Positions 18,543 through 27,748 of a DNA stretch of 64,000 nt are shown here, piece after piece (the stretch's first letter is position 1; every line of letters starts with the position of its first letter). The notes below the pieces were generated by a model. It was not told where the DNA came from, made no database searches, and was given only the letters and a program-made list of their open reading frames with translations. The stretch lies in the sequence record NC_070998.1. One strand, given 5' to 3'. The translations under genes and the position numbers were made by a program.

Positions 18543-18971
18543 ATGAATGAACAATATCTGACAGAGAAGCAACTGACTGATGTGTTGATCAACAACGTCG
18601 TGGAAACCCAAACACGGGTACACCAAGGAATCGATCTCAACTTCAATAGTTGGGATGAGATTGTAGAGGTCTCTAAAGAAACAGCCTGCCTTGGTAAGTA
18701 TACCAATCTGGCCGGCGCCCTGGCGGGTGTCGCTGCTTCTGTAGCTATCGAGCTCACTCGTGAAGGCGGTAGCGTCGCTACCGCTAGTGTAGCAGCTGGC
18801 GTTGGGGGTGGATTGATTTTCGCTAACCGCGAGGGCATCATGGGGTTCCAAAATGGTGCCCTTTCCGTGGTTGGTGGGCTCGGTCTGCTGGGTTTGACTC
18901 AAGTAGCAGCCCGTATCGTGGGACCCGTAGCTCCCAATAAAGTTGAAGAAGCGCAAGAGTACGTCGGTTAA
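18543..18971 (+). CDS. Gly/Ala-rich hydrophobic, probably membrane, protein, 142 aa
   Basis: AAGGAAT SD; LAGALAGVAASVA, VAAGVGGGLIF and VVGGLGLLGLT segments; GC-rich codons. Confidence 0.85.
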   Translation: MNEQYLTEKQLTDVLINNVVETQTRVHQGIDLNFNSWDEIVEVSKETACLGKYTNLAGALAGVAASVAIELTREGGSVATASVAAGVGGGLIFANREGIMGFQNGALSVVGGLGLLGLTQVAARIVGPVAPNKVEEAQEYVG

Positions 18972-19017
18972 TATGACTTGTTGGTAATGCTTGCATCGCC
19001 TTTCATGTAATATCTAA

Positions 19018-19049
19018 AGTTACCTACTCCCAACTGGGAGTAGGTAACT
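19018..19049 (+). terminator. Intrinsic terminator
   Basis: AGTTACCTACTCCC-AACT-GGGAGTAGGTAACT. Confidence 0.85.
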
Positions 19050-19073
19050 AATACTATTTTATTTTTACTCTTT

Positions 19074-19107
19074 CTATAATTTATTAAACCGATATTATTA
19101 CACTGTA
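19074..19107 (+). promoter_or_regulatory. Putative early promoter
   Basis: CTATAATTTATTAAACCGATATTATTACACTGTA. Confidence 0.7.
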
Positions 19108-19142
19108 GTAAACAATATATGTATTTCAAAGGAGTGTAGAAA

Positions 19143-19676
19143 ATGGAAAATAAAGTTTGTAAGTCCACATTAAAAGTTGGTGGCGACTTCCCTATAGCTG
19201 AAGTCTTTTTCCTTGAGAAAGATTTACCGCATTTGGAGTCTCTTTTAGGTTCTCTTTATAATAAATTCAAACTTGATACTACCACATTAGGTTGGGTTGA
19301 GTCATTTCCTAATGAACTATTAAAGTTGTTCTGTGTCACAAAGGACTTTCAATTTGTTTATCACACTCTTAATTACAATGCAACATCACCTAGTGAAAGA
19401 TTAATACGAAAGTTAGAAAGAGAAGAAGTATATCAAGAAATACAGAATTCCCGTGGTATTCACGATCTGCTAACTAATGGTACTATATTTTTTACAGATA
19501 GATTACTTTCAAAACCTGTAAATAGTTTTAAAGTAAAGACCATTTCGGAAATGGAAAGAATAGAGAAACTTCTAAAAGAAGTGGATCTTCAACTATCCCC
19601 AGAACAAGAAGTAAAACTACTACGCAAAATTGTCAAAGAACAGCAATCTATTATAAATAACCTAAAAGGAATCTAA
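19143..19676 (+). CDS. Hypothetical early protein, LSPEQE C-terminal motif
   Basis: AAAGGAG SD; C-terminus similar to ORF 20236. Confidence 0.85.
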   Translation: MENKVCKSTLKVGGDFPIAEVFFLEKDLPHLESLLGSLYNKFKLDTTTLGWVESFPNELLKLFCVTKDFQFVYHTLNYNATSPSERLIRKLEREEVYQEIQNSRGIHDLLTNGTIFFTDRLLSKPVNSFKVKTISEMERIEKLLKEVDLQLSPEQEVKLLRKIVKEQQSIINNLKGI

Positions 19677-19678
19677 TC

Positions 19679-20227
19679 ATGGACTGCAATTACCCCGAGT
19701 TGAATCCAGTCGTTATTTTGCGTTTGTCTTACTTAGAACCAAGAGAAGATGTACTAGGTGTTATTTATTTACGTAAAGAATCTGCGGAACGTTTCAAATC
19801 AAGCGTTAAGGAACTGCTAGGTGATAAGTTTGATTTGGTTGAGTTAAATAGCAAGTCTAACTTTGACGGAAATCTTCGTAAATCTAAACCTATCACTAGT
19901 GTAAAAAGTGACGTGTGTTTTATGTTTATTCCGTTTGTTATTGATTCCAGAATTTGGAAATTCGCGGCGGCATTAAACTGCATTGAATATAAAATTACCA
20001 AACTAGTTTCCGATGCAAAAGAGTTATTCTGGAATGTTGAGTTAGACATGATGACCACTTTGCAATTAAAAGGTGAAATTGTGGAACCTTCTATTGAATT
20101 CCTGGCTTTACACAAAGAAACTTACACCAATCAAGAAGTACAAGAACTATTAGAAGAGTTTAAGAAAGAGATGGTAGAATCAACCAATCAACTCTTTAAT
20201 CGTTTTATTAACCGCATTAGTAAGTAA
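19679..20227 (+). CDS. Hypothetical early protein, 182 aa
   Basis: AAAGGA SD; packed in the operon. Confidence 0.85.
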   Translation: MDCNYPELNPVVILRLSYLEPREDVLGVIYLRKESAERFKSSVKELLGDKFDLVELNSKSNFDGNLRKSKPITSVKSDVCFMFIPFVIDSRIWKFAAALNCIEYKITKLVSDAKELFWNVELDMMTTLQLKGEIVEPSIEFLALHKETYTNQEVQELLEEFKKEMVESTNQLFNRFINRISK

Positions 20228-20235
20228 GGATTTAT

Positions 20236-20757
20236 ATGAGTAGCAATCGTAATACTTACAATAATGAAGATTTTGTTTACATGTGTAAACTTTTACAAAA
20301 CCACGAAATAGTACTAGAAAAATTTGGAACTCATTCTATTGCACTAGTAAAAACAAAGAACAATTTCCAGGAAATTGAAGAGATTTCCGAAATACTAAAC
20401 TCTTACCTTGAAATAAAAGAAGAAGATAAATCCAATCGCTGGGTTTCTTATAACCAAATGGTCGTGTTTTCACCAACATGGAAACACTTCAAAGAAGAAT
20501 ACGTATTCGGTAATCCAGTTAAAGCTATTATCCATTATTGTGAAAACATTGGTAAAGAAGAAAGTGTATTCTTCCGCCATACTGACTTACACCCAGATAG
20601 TGAAACCCTTAAACAGTTCCTAGAACTCTCTGAGAAGATGACCAAGGTAGGATTGACCCTAACACCTGAACAAGAGAATGCTCTTCTTCACAACGTCATT
20701 GACGAGCTCTCAGCAGAGATTGCAAGTCTTAAGTTAAAGATTGAAGATCTTTCTTAA
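20236..20757 (+). CDS. Hypothetical early protein, LTPEQE C-terminal motif
   Basis: TAAGGA SD; C-terminus similar to ORF 19143. Confidence 0.85.
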   Translation: MSSNRNTYNNEDFVYMCKLLQNHEIVLEKFGTHSIALVKTKNNFQEIEEISEILNSYLEIKEEDKSNRWVSYNQMVVFSPTWKHFKEEYVFGNPVKAIIHYCENIGKEESVFFRHTDLHPDSETLKQFLELSEKMTKVGLTLTPEQENALLHNVIDELSAEIASLKLKIEDLS

Positions 20758-20767
20758 TAACCTAACC

Positions 20768-20801
20768 TAACTCACTTCTCCAATTAAGGAGAAGTGAGTT
20801 A
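20768..20801 (+). terminator. Hairpin, probable terminator
   Basis: TAACTCACTTCTCC-AATTAA-GGAGAAGTGAGTTA. Confidence 0.75.
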
Positions 20802-20825
20802 ATAAATATGTAAAGGTAAATAACA

Positions 20826-21824
20826 ATGTCTATTAAAACATTAACTGAAATACTTGGACTTTCTCTTGAATTGAAAGATTATGAAGATCGTGTACAAAAA
20901 AGATATGACTATATTCAGGAACAACTAGAGAAAGATCCTGAGTTCGTAGCGTATGACTATCTGGAATACTGGCATGGTCGCGCAGATATCCACTATCTGT
21001 TTAAAGAAATTATTATTAGTTCCAAAGGAGATTATTATCAGGAGAAGAACGGTGTATGGGCGGAAGCTGAACGGTTTAAAACTAAAGCATATCTAGAAAA
21101 GGGGTTCAGGTTAGAAGATCACGGTCCAAAAACATTCCAGACACACAGAGCCGTTGGATCAGTTTTTATTCCTAAGTACGAACACCTTAAAGACGTACCT
21201 TATTGGAAACTTGAGGTAAACCATAAAGATGGTGATAAACACAATCCAGATTTCTCTAACCTAGAATGGATGACTAAATCTGAAAACACTCAACACGCTC
21301 TTGAAAATGGACTCCAGACATCTGGGTTAAATGATCCCAATACTATTCCTTATCTAGCTACAGTCGTTATGGAAGGAAAATATAAAGGACAACAGTTCGT
21401 ACTTGCAGGAACCGCTGCATTTGAAAAGGAGGGGATCTCTAGAAGTTCTGTTAGAGATCAATCAGAGGGTAAATTCCGCGCTATTGCTGGATGTACTTGG
21501 AAGGTTATCACTAAAGAGGAAGCCAAAGATTATCCGCAAGGAACCCCAGAGGGATTTATGACTTTCCTTAAATCCAATAGTACTTTATCAGATCCTAAGG
21601 TTAAACCAGTGTTAGGAGTGGTACAAAATGGAGCTTTTAAAGGACATCATTTTTGTTTATTTGGCGGGAAACACATAGTGGAAAACGGATTTGGTCAAGC
21701 TTATGTGTCCGGATATGCCAAACACAATAAAGTTTATAAAGGAGTATTATGGAAATATATAACTCAGGAAGAAGCTGCTAACTACCCAAGAGGTCTTGAT
21801 AGGGAAATCTTTGCAACTTTGTAA
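20826..21824 (+). CDS. Free-standing HNH homing endonuclease with tandem C-terminal repeats
   Basis: FQTHRAVGSVF...EVNHKDGDKHNPDFSNLEWMTKSENTQH; N-terminus homologous to HNH 10540; two WK.IT.EEA..YP.G repeats. Confidence 0.92.
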   Translation: MSIKTLTEILGLSLELKDYEDRVQKRYDYIQEQLEKDPEFVAYDYLEYWHGRADIHYLFKEIIISSKGDYYQEKNGVWAEAERFKTKAYLEKGFRLEDHGPKTFQTHRAVGSVFIPKYEHLKDVPYWKLEVNHKDGDKHNPDFSNLEWMTKSENTQHALENGLQTSGLNDPNTIPYLATVVMEGKYKGQQFVLAGTAAFEKEGISRSSVRDQSEGKFRAIAGCTWKVITKEEAKDYPQGTPEGFMTFLKSNSTLSDPKVKPVLGVVQNGAFKGHHFCLFGGKHIVENGFGQAYVSGYAKHNKVYKGVLWKYITQEEAANYPRGLDREIFATL

Positions 21825-21833
21825 CATAAAGTA

Positions 21834-21865
21834 AACTCTACCTACCCAAACGGGTAGGTAGAGTT
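21834..21865. terminator. Bidirectional terminator
   Basis: AACTCTACCTACCC-AAAC-GGGTAGGTAGAGTT. Confidence 0.85.
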
Positions 21866-21866
21866 A

Positions 21867-23597
21867 TTATGCTACTTCTTTTTGTTGTTCGATAAAAGGT
21901 TTAACGGTATTAGTATAGAAAGTAGAAATATCAGAAATAGTTGGCATCCCGTAAATCACGTTACACAACTCTACAGCGTTCGCCTGGGGACTAGACGCGT
22001 AGTTGATCCCAACTTTACGATATTCCATTCTATCCAACCCTTCTATCTGACAAACCTCCAATCTAGTTGTTTTGTTAGAAACATTTAGAGCTACTGTTGA
22101 GTTCGGATATGCAGCGGCAACATCTATGTCATCTACCGAATGGCGACCCTTACTCTTCCATGACGGTAATCCAGCATAGATTGTTTTGCCATTCTCTTCG
22201 TTAAGCTCTGCGTGAAGTAGAGCGATCCAATCTCGAAGATCAGGTTTAATAGATTTGAACTCATCTTCTTTCTGACGACCTACTGTACCCCATACATAAC
22301 CGTTTTCCAACGCTATGAACGAAAGCTTATCAGAAATCATACTTGGCTGAGATTGATACGACTTCAACTCTGAAGATGTCACCAAAGATGGCAAAGACAG
22401 AGAGTAATCATTAGTTACCCTATTAATGTCTTCAATAACCCAGTTATCTCGAATGTTGTACATCGCATACAAATAAGGCTCGTTCTTGAGCATATATTTG
22501 TGCCACTCAGCAGAACCAGCTTGTAAATGCCCACCAATATCCGTATAGAGTTTACCTTCCACTTTTTCATGCTCAGCGGTAGCTTGCAGAGAGTAAGACT
22601 CACGTTTACCTTGAGGCGCTCGTTTAATAGCGTAGAACGACATTCCGTCAAACCACTGCCATTTAGCTGGAGCTTGAACTACTGGGAACTTCTCATGGTT
22701 ATCAAGGGGAGTTTTAGATCCATCTACTTTGGTTTTAAACTGCCTTCCTGGGAAGAAAAAGTAGTCTTGATAAACACCCGGAACTGAAGGATCAGAGTAA
22801 ACTTCTTTTAAGTTAAAGTTCTCATTAAGCAGTGCATTCTGGTTGGCTTCCATATCAAAGCCAGCGTTCCAGGATACAATGAAGTCCGGTCCTTGGTTGT
22901 GCCAGAACTGGATATTGTTATACACTACTTTACCTGGGGTATCTTCTAGTACATAATGGATTTTAACATCATGTTTTTCGATATATTCCTTTAGGTATTT
23001 CTCTTCATATTCCTTAAGGGTTTTAAGGATGTGTTCATCAGAGTGTCCATGGAATATAGAACGGAGTCCAGACCAATAAACAACTTTTTCAAAAGTAGTG
23101 GAAGCCATACAAACTGGGCCAGTAGTGTTATCTGGCATGATGAATGTTTCTACGTCATAGGCAGCTACTGAATAAGCTTCTTGGGGTTGGTGATCAGGGA
23201 ACTTATCGTAATACTTCTGCTTATAGACTACTGGGACAGTTTCTTGACATCCGAACACGAAAGGGTTTGATTTTAGATCATAGAGTTGAGCGGAACGATC
23301 CGGTCGTCCAAATAGTACTTTAGAGATATTAGTAGCGAGCCTAGCTTCATTAGAAGAGTACTTATCACATTTAGAAAGTTCAATATAATCTTTTTTATCT
23401 TTGAAATTACGGTGTTTAGGTTTTACAATATAGAAATCACGTTTGTAGTTTTCTATTTTAGCTAATCTACTTTTACGAGTTCCGTCGGCATAGATATCAG
23501 TAATTTTGGCTGTGAGAAGGTCGGAGTTAGAATCGTATTGATTAAAAGAAAGAAAGGCGTGTTTGCAAACACGAGCAACAATTTTGTTCTCTTCCAT
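21867..23597 (-). CDS. Split family-B DNA polymerase, N-terminal exonuclease/palm part (phiKZ gp82-like)
   Basis: ExoI YDVET, ExoII SWNAGFDM, ExoIII YNIRD, PolB motif A-like DIDVAAAYPN; motifs B and C absent. Confidence 0.85.
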   Translation of the reverse strand: MEENKIVARVCKHAFLSFNQYDSNSDLLTAKITDIYADGTRKSRLAKIENYKRDFYIVKPKHRNFKDKKDYIELSKCDKYSSNEARLATNISKVLFGRPDRSAQLYDLKSNPFVFGCQETVPVVYKQKYYDKFPDHQPQEAYSVAAYDVETFIMPDNTTGPVCMASTTFEKVVYWSGLRSIFHGHSDEHILKTLKEYEEKYLKEYIEKHDVKIHYVLEDTPGKVVYNNIQFWHNQGPDFIVSWNAGFDMEANQNALLNENFNLKEVYSDPSVPGVYQDYFFFPGRQFKTKVDGSKTPLDNHEKFPVVQAPAKWQWFDGMSFYAIKRAPQGKRESYSLQATAEHEKVEGKLYTDIGGHLQAGSAEWHKYMLKNEPYLYAMYNIRDNWVIEDINRVTNDYSLSLPSLVTSSELKSYQSQPSMISDKLSFIALENGYVWGTVGRQKEDEFKSIKPDLRDWIALLHAELNEENGKTIYAGLPSWKSKGRHSVDDIDVAAAYPNSTVALNVSNKTTRLEVCQIEGLDRMEYRKVGINYASSPQANAVELCNVIYGMPTISDISTFYTNTVKPFIEQQKEVA

Positions 23598-23610
23598 TGC
23601 TGGGCGTCCC

Positions 23611-23620
23611 GAATGTTATG
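23611..23620 (+). promoter_or_regulatory. Putative late promoter GAATGTTATG
   Basis: Same 10-mer as upstream of the capsid gene (49406); precedes a virion-protein operon. Confidence 0.5.
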
Positions 23621-23684
23621 ACGTCAAATTAGGGTTCTCTAAAATATAGAACCTGTGCTAATTAATTATTCCCTGGGAGTATGT

Positions 23685-25034
23685 ATGCTAGGTATCGAAT
23701 TTATCAGAAAGGAGCATGACTTCGGTTACTCCTTAGCTGGTATGGAATTTATGGATTTCCAGAAACAGGATCGCTACCTGAAGCTGGTTGAATTTTTTAA
23801 GCCATTGATTAAAAACATGGGCGGCGTAGTCTCTATTGACTGGATCAAGAGTGAACAAGATGATCTAGTAAAATTGATTATGGAAATCTCAGGTATCAAA
23901 GTAAAGGTTGTAGAATACCACGGTTTGGATGGTAACTTAGGTATTGATGCTGGATACCTTTCTCCTAATGCAGTGTTGAACAACAAAGGTATCGATGACT
24001 TTGTAGATGCTAAACACACCAAGGTTTCTCAAGCATTCAAAAGTTTGAATGCGGATGTACTTAAAGGTTGGGTAGATCAAAAGACTGGTATGATTGGTGG
24101 GGACTTTAGTAAGATCGAGTTTGATCTTTACATCCAGACTTATATTAACATGTTCCTAAACACGGATAAACTAAAGAAACTGGGCGTTCCGCCAGAGAAC
24201 GTCTTGGCTGCATTTATTACACATGAACTTGGTCACGTCTGGACTGCTTTCTATACAGTATGGCGAAACGTTTCTGATATGATGATGCAGAACAACGCTA
24301 TTCGTATGTTGAACAGTACCGAAAGTCAGAGAGAACAAATTGAGATTTATAAAGAAACTCTCAAAGTTCTAGAAGCCGATGCTAAAGTAGATGATAAAGT
24401 CATTTCAGCACTAGATACAGACGAAGCTAGAAAAGCCTTCTTTGATAAAGCCATCTCAAATCGTGATTTACGTCGTACACTGTCTGTAGGTACAGCGGAT
24501 CGTGCTAGTGAAGTAATGGCAGATATGTATGCTATTAAAATGGGATGTCCTAAAGACCTGGTAACTGGTTTGGTTTCACTCTATGGATCTGAGGGCGCCG
24601 GAGTAGGTAGTCTTGTGTTCAGTGTCTTTATGTTATCAGTATCTTTGCTTGTCACATATCCCTTAGGAATTGGATTATGGGGGTTGATAACAACACTTAA
24701 CTTCCACGCCAGCTTAGCTAGTAGACTTGCACCAGATTACCTTTACGATAGTAATTATCGACGTATCAAAACCATTTTGCGTGAATGTGTTACTGAGTTC
24801 TCCCAGAACAAGAAAATGAAGCCTGCTGATAAACAGCAGTTCTTAGCTAAGTGTAAAGAGATTGAAAAGTTAGTAGAAGAGAACAAACCTATTCTTGAAG
24901 GAACTGCTTTCCAACGATACATTGGATGGGTCTGTTCTGGTACTGATTTCAAAGCTCAAGAGTTTGAACATTACACAGCTGAACTGGTTTCCCATAATCT
25001 CGCCCTTTATACCGACTACTTTAAAGAGAGTTAA
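23685..25034 (+). CDS. Virion protein with zincin HExxH motif and hydrophobic helices (M48-like architecture)
   Basis: GGGAG SD before ATG 23685; FITHELGHVW; EVMADMYA; hydrophobic VGSLVFSVFMLSVSLLVTYPLGIGLWGLI; AGME near the N-terminus. Confidence 0.75.
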   Translation: MLGIEFIRKEHDFGYSLAGMEFMDFQKQDRYLKLVEFFKPLIKNMGGVVSIDWIKSEQDDLVKLIMEISGIKVKVVEYHGLDGNLGIDAGYLSPNAVLNNKGIDDFVDAKHTKVSQAFKSLNADVLKGWVDQKTGMIGGDFSKIEFDLYIQTYINMFLNTDKLKKLGVPPENVLAAFITHELGHVWTAFYTVWRNVSDMMMQNNAIRMLNSTESQREQIEIYKETLKVLEADAKVDDKVISALDTDEARKAFFDKAISNRDLRRTLSVGTADRASEVMADMYAIKMGCPKDLVTGLVSLYGSEGAGVGSLVFSVFMLSVSLLVTYPLGIGLWGLITTLNFHASLASRLAPDYLYDSNYRRIKTILRECVTEFSQNKKMKPADKQQFLAKCKEIEKLVEENKPILEGTAFQRYIGWVCSGTDFKAQEFEHYTAELVSHNLALYTDYFKES

Positions 25035-25036
25035 TT

Positions 25037-25465
25037 ATGTCACATCTTGCTCACATCGTTACCTTTAAGAAAACCCTAATTGCTGATGGGATTACTGATC
25101 CGAAGCTTCAGATTGATCTTACTCGTTCTGCTTATGTTCGGGCTCTGATTAGTTTTAAACATCAATCAGCTATTGACGGTAAAGATTTTAAACCGTTCTG
25201 TAATCACGTTCTCTCTTACTGGAATGAAACTTCTCCTGTAGCGGGCTCTTTGGTAGTATCAGAAGTTATTCACTTCTTTGCTGTACTTGATAAAGCATTG
25301 AGTAACGTTGGAGAAATGGAAGTTATCCAAGTTCCAGTTACAACTGCTCCTGAGCTGCCAGAAGGTAAGAAACTTACTGAGATGGCTTCTTATACTGATC
25401 TGGTAAACGCTCTGCTGGTTGAAGCTACCGGAAAGTATAAAACCTGGGTTGAAGAGTTCTGCTAA
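25037..25465 (+). CDS. Hypothetical virion-operon protein, 142 aa
   Basis: AGAGAG upstream; packed in the operon. Confidence 0.8.
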   Translation: MSHLAHIVTFKKTLIADGITDPKLQIDLTRSAYVRALISFKHQSAIDGKDFKPFCNHVLSYWNETSPVAGSLVVSEVIHFFAVLDKALSNVGEMEVIQVPVTTAPELPEGKKLTEMASYTDLVNALLVEATGKYKTWVEEFC

Positions 25466-25475
25466 GGAGAAAGTA

Positions 25476-27011
25476 ATGGAAGATGAAATTGAATTGGGAT
25501 CTGTTATCCAACTTTCTCCCCACGCACAAACTGTTCAATTAACCTCTGGTAAAGTCAGCACGGACGACGAACCACTGATTTCTTTAGATGATGTATATGA
25601 AGTCACCGGCCAAGAATCAATCAACATTATCGTCAAAAGTGCTCAAGAGTATTTTAAACATAATCGTCTTCATCGCGATTCCTTGACTTGCTTGAAAATC
25701 TCCGGTATGGAAGGTCTCCTTCCTATTTACGACCGGATGAATGCTCGTAAAGGTGGTGAATCTTTTATTGAAGGTTTCAAGAAAGGTTTCATGGCGATTA
25801 TGAAAGCCATTGCTGACTTTATTAAGCAAGTAGTTAATTGGTGTGTGGTTAAAGTAAAAACCATGTTTGGTTTTGCCAAGACAGAAAAAGAAACAGCAGC
25901 AGCGGTACAGAACTTTGAAAAGGATGTCAAACCACGTCTTCAGAATCTTATCAAAGATACCTTTGGTAATGGAGCTGGGATTGGTACCATCTCTTTTGAC
26001 GAATTCGTTAAGTCACTTCCAGAAGGTGTTACTGGCAAAGAAGCTATGTTGATTATTAAACAACGTGGTGAGAAGGCTGAAGACGCCATTGCACGAATGA
26101 CCAGAGCGGTTGATGAAGTTCCCAGAGCCATTGAAGAAATCAATAAGTCAATGCAAAAATCTCGGGTTGTTAAAAATCGTTATCAGCAACTCATTCGCGA
26201 TCTTAAACAAAAAGCAAAAGCGAACAACATTACCGAAGGTGATATTGTAAACTTTGTAGCCGGTTTGAACCACGAAGTAACTGATACACTAAACCCTGAA
26301 CGTTGTATCAATATTGCTCAAACTCTGGCTGAGAAAGTGTTTGGTGTTCAGATTGAAGGGTTTGGTTTGGAAGGCGGGTTTAAACAAGCTCAAGATCAGC
26401 TTAAGAATGCATTGGAACGTACCAAGACTAATGTTAATGTAGAAACACTTAACGTTTATCAAAAGCTTGCTGATAACTATGTACCATTGATGGCGGAAGC
26501 GGATAATATCGCTCTTGATCCAAATTCTTTAGATTCGTTTAAAGTTATTCTGGATAACGACAGTAACTATATAGTAAACAAGATAGCAACCGATTATCCT
26601 CAATACTTCTCCATCCTTAGCGATTATGCACAGTTTGGCCAACGAGTTTCCAAGTACAATGAAGCCCTTTCTCTGTGCGTAACAGTTGTTAACGATTGTA
26701 AAGCAGTTGGACAAAGTGTCGTTAAATGGCTGACTGCCATGAAGACGATCGCGGCTGCCTATGTTACCCAGGATATTGAGAAGATTGTCAAAGCTCATGA
26801 AACATTCACCCCAGGTAACGAAGACAAGTATGTCGCCGACAAGGGCGCTTATTTCCTAGCTGATGATCTGAAGATCCTTAACTCTATTTTCCCTGGTCGT
26901 AACTGGGTTGAGGAAGGTCTTACTTACACACGTGCTATTTCTCAAATGCCAGATGTGAAAAAGCGTATCAATAATCTACTGGGTCAACTTTCTGTTCCCT
27001 TGAAGGTGTAA
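25476..27011 (+). CDS. Internal head protein (start ATG 25476)
   Basis: AAGGAG SD; GQES, GMEG, GGES motifs then an amphipathic helix. Confidence 0.75.
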   Translation: MEDEIELGSVIQLSPHAQTVQLTSGKVSTDDEPLISLDDVYEVTGQESINIIVKSAQEYFKHNRLHRDSLTCLKISGMEGLLPIYDRMNARKGGESFIEGFKKGFMAIMKAIADFIKQVVNWCVVKVKTMFGFAKTEKETAAAVQNFEKDVKPRLQNLIKDTFGNGAGIGTISFDEFVKSLPEGVTGKEAMLIIKQRGEKAEDAIARMTRAVDEVPRAIEEINKSMQKSRVVKNRYQQLIRDLKQKAKANNITEGDIVNFVAGLNHEVTDTLNPERCINIAQTLAEKVFGVQIEGFGLEGGFKQAQDQLKNALERTKTNVNVETLNVYQKLADNYVPLMAEADNIALDPNSLDSFKVILDNDSNYIVNKIATDYPQYFSILSDYAQFGQRVSKYNEALSLCVTVVNDCKAVGQSVVKWLTAMKTIAAAYVTQDIEKIVKAHETFTPGNEDKYVADKGAYFLADDLKILNSIFPGRNWVEEGLTYTRAISQMPDVKKRINNLLGQLSVPLKV

Positions 27012-27012
27012 C

Positions 27013-27696
27013 ATGGTTAAAGAAGAAGTTGTAAAGGTGATTAATGAACTGCGTATTCTCACAGCTAACTATAAGAAGTTTCGTGAGTACGTGGAGACAT
27101 TCACTTGTGAACCTCGTTGTAAAAAGGGTGTATTGGAGTTTGTTGATTCCTTGTTCTCTTACAATGATGGTGCTGGACGGGAATACCCAGCGGTGTACGG
27201 TAAGGTTCGTAAAGAACTGGGACTGAAACTTACTGTTGGTAAAAGTGATCGAAACGTTCAGTTGTTTAAAGATGCGCTACGTGATCTTTATCTCGATGCT
27301 TCTGCTGTCAACAAGCTAGTCGATACTCGCATTGAGCTAGTTACCAAGGTATGTGAATACGTAAAACATATTCAGTCAGAATTGGATAAATCAGAACTTA
27401 CTGATGCTCGTGAACGACAAGTTTATCTACGTCGCGCTCTGGCTAGACTGAAAGCTGCATTCAGTACTTATCTTGTCTCGCCTATTACTAAAGATAATTG
27501 GACCGAAGTAAGACCTTACGAATATATTCCATATCTTACAGACTCCCTGGACGAAATTATTAACAAGTATTTTACTTATGATAGTAAAGTAACACCTTGG
27601 ACTGTTGATTGGGATCATAATGAGTTAAACAATGATTTCACTGTTGATAGCATTGAGACTTTCTTAGATTACCTCGATACCTTTATTAAGTATTAA
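27013..27696 (+). CDS. Hypothetical virion-operon protein, 227 aa
   Basis: GAAGGTG SD; 1 nt after the previous stop. Confidence 0.8.
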   Translation: MVKEEVVKVINELRILTANYKKFREYVETFTCEPRCKKGVLEFVDSLFSYNDGAGREYPAVYGKVRKELGLKLTVGKSDRNVQLFKDALRDLYLDASAVNKLVDTRIELVTKVCEYVKHIQSELDKSELTDARERQVYLRRALARLKAAFSTYLVSPITKDNWTEVRPYEYIPYLTDSLDEIINKYFTYDSKVTPWTVDWDHNELNNDFTVDSIETFLDYLDTFIKY

Positions 27697-27704
27697 ATAA
27701 CATA

Positions 27705-27738
27705 AACTCTCTACTCCCTTAATTGGGAGTAGAGAGTT
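27705..27738. terminator. Bidirectional terminator
   Basis: AACTCTCTACTCCC-TTAATT-GGGAGTAGAGAGTT. Confidence 0.85.
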
Positions 27739-27748
27739 ACTTTTATGT

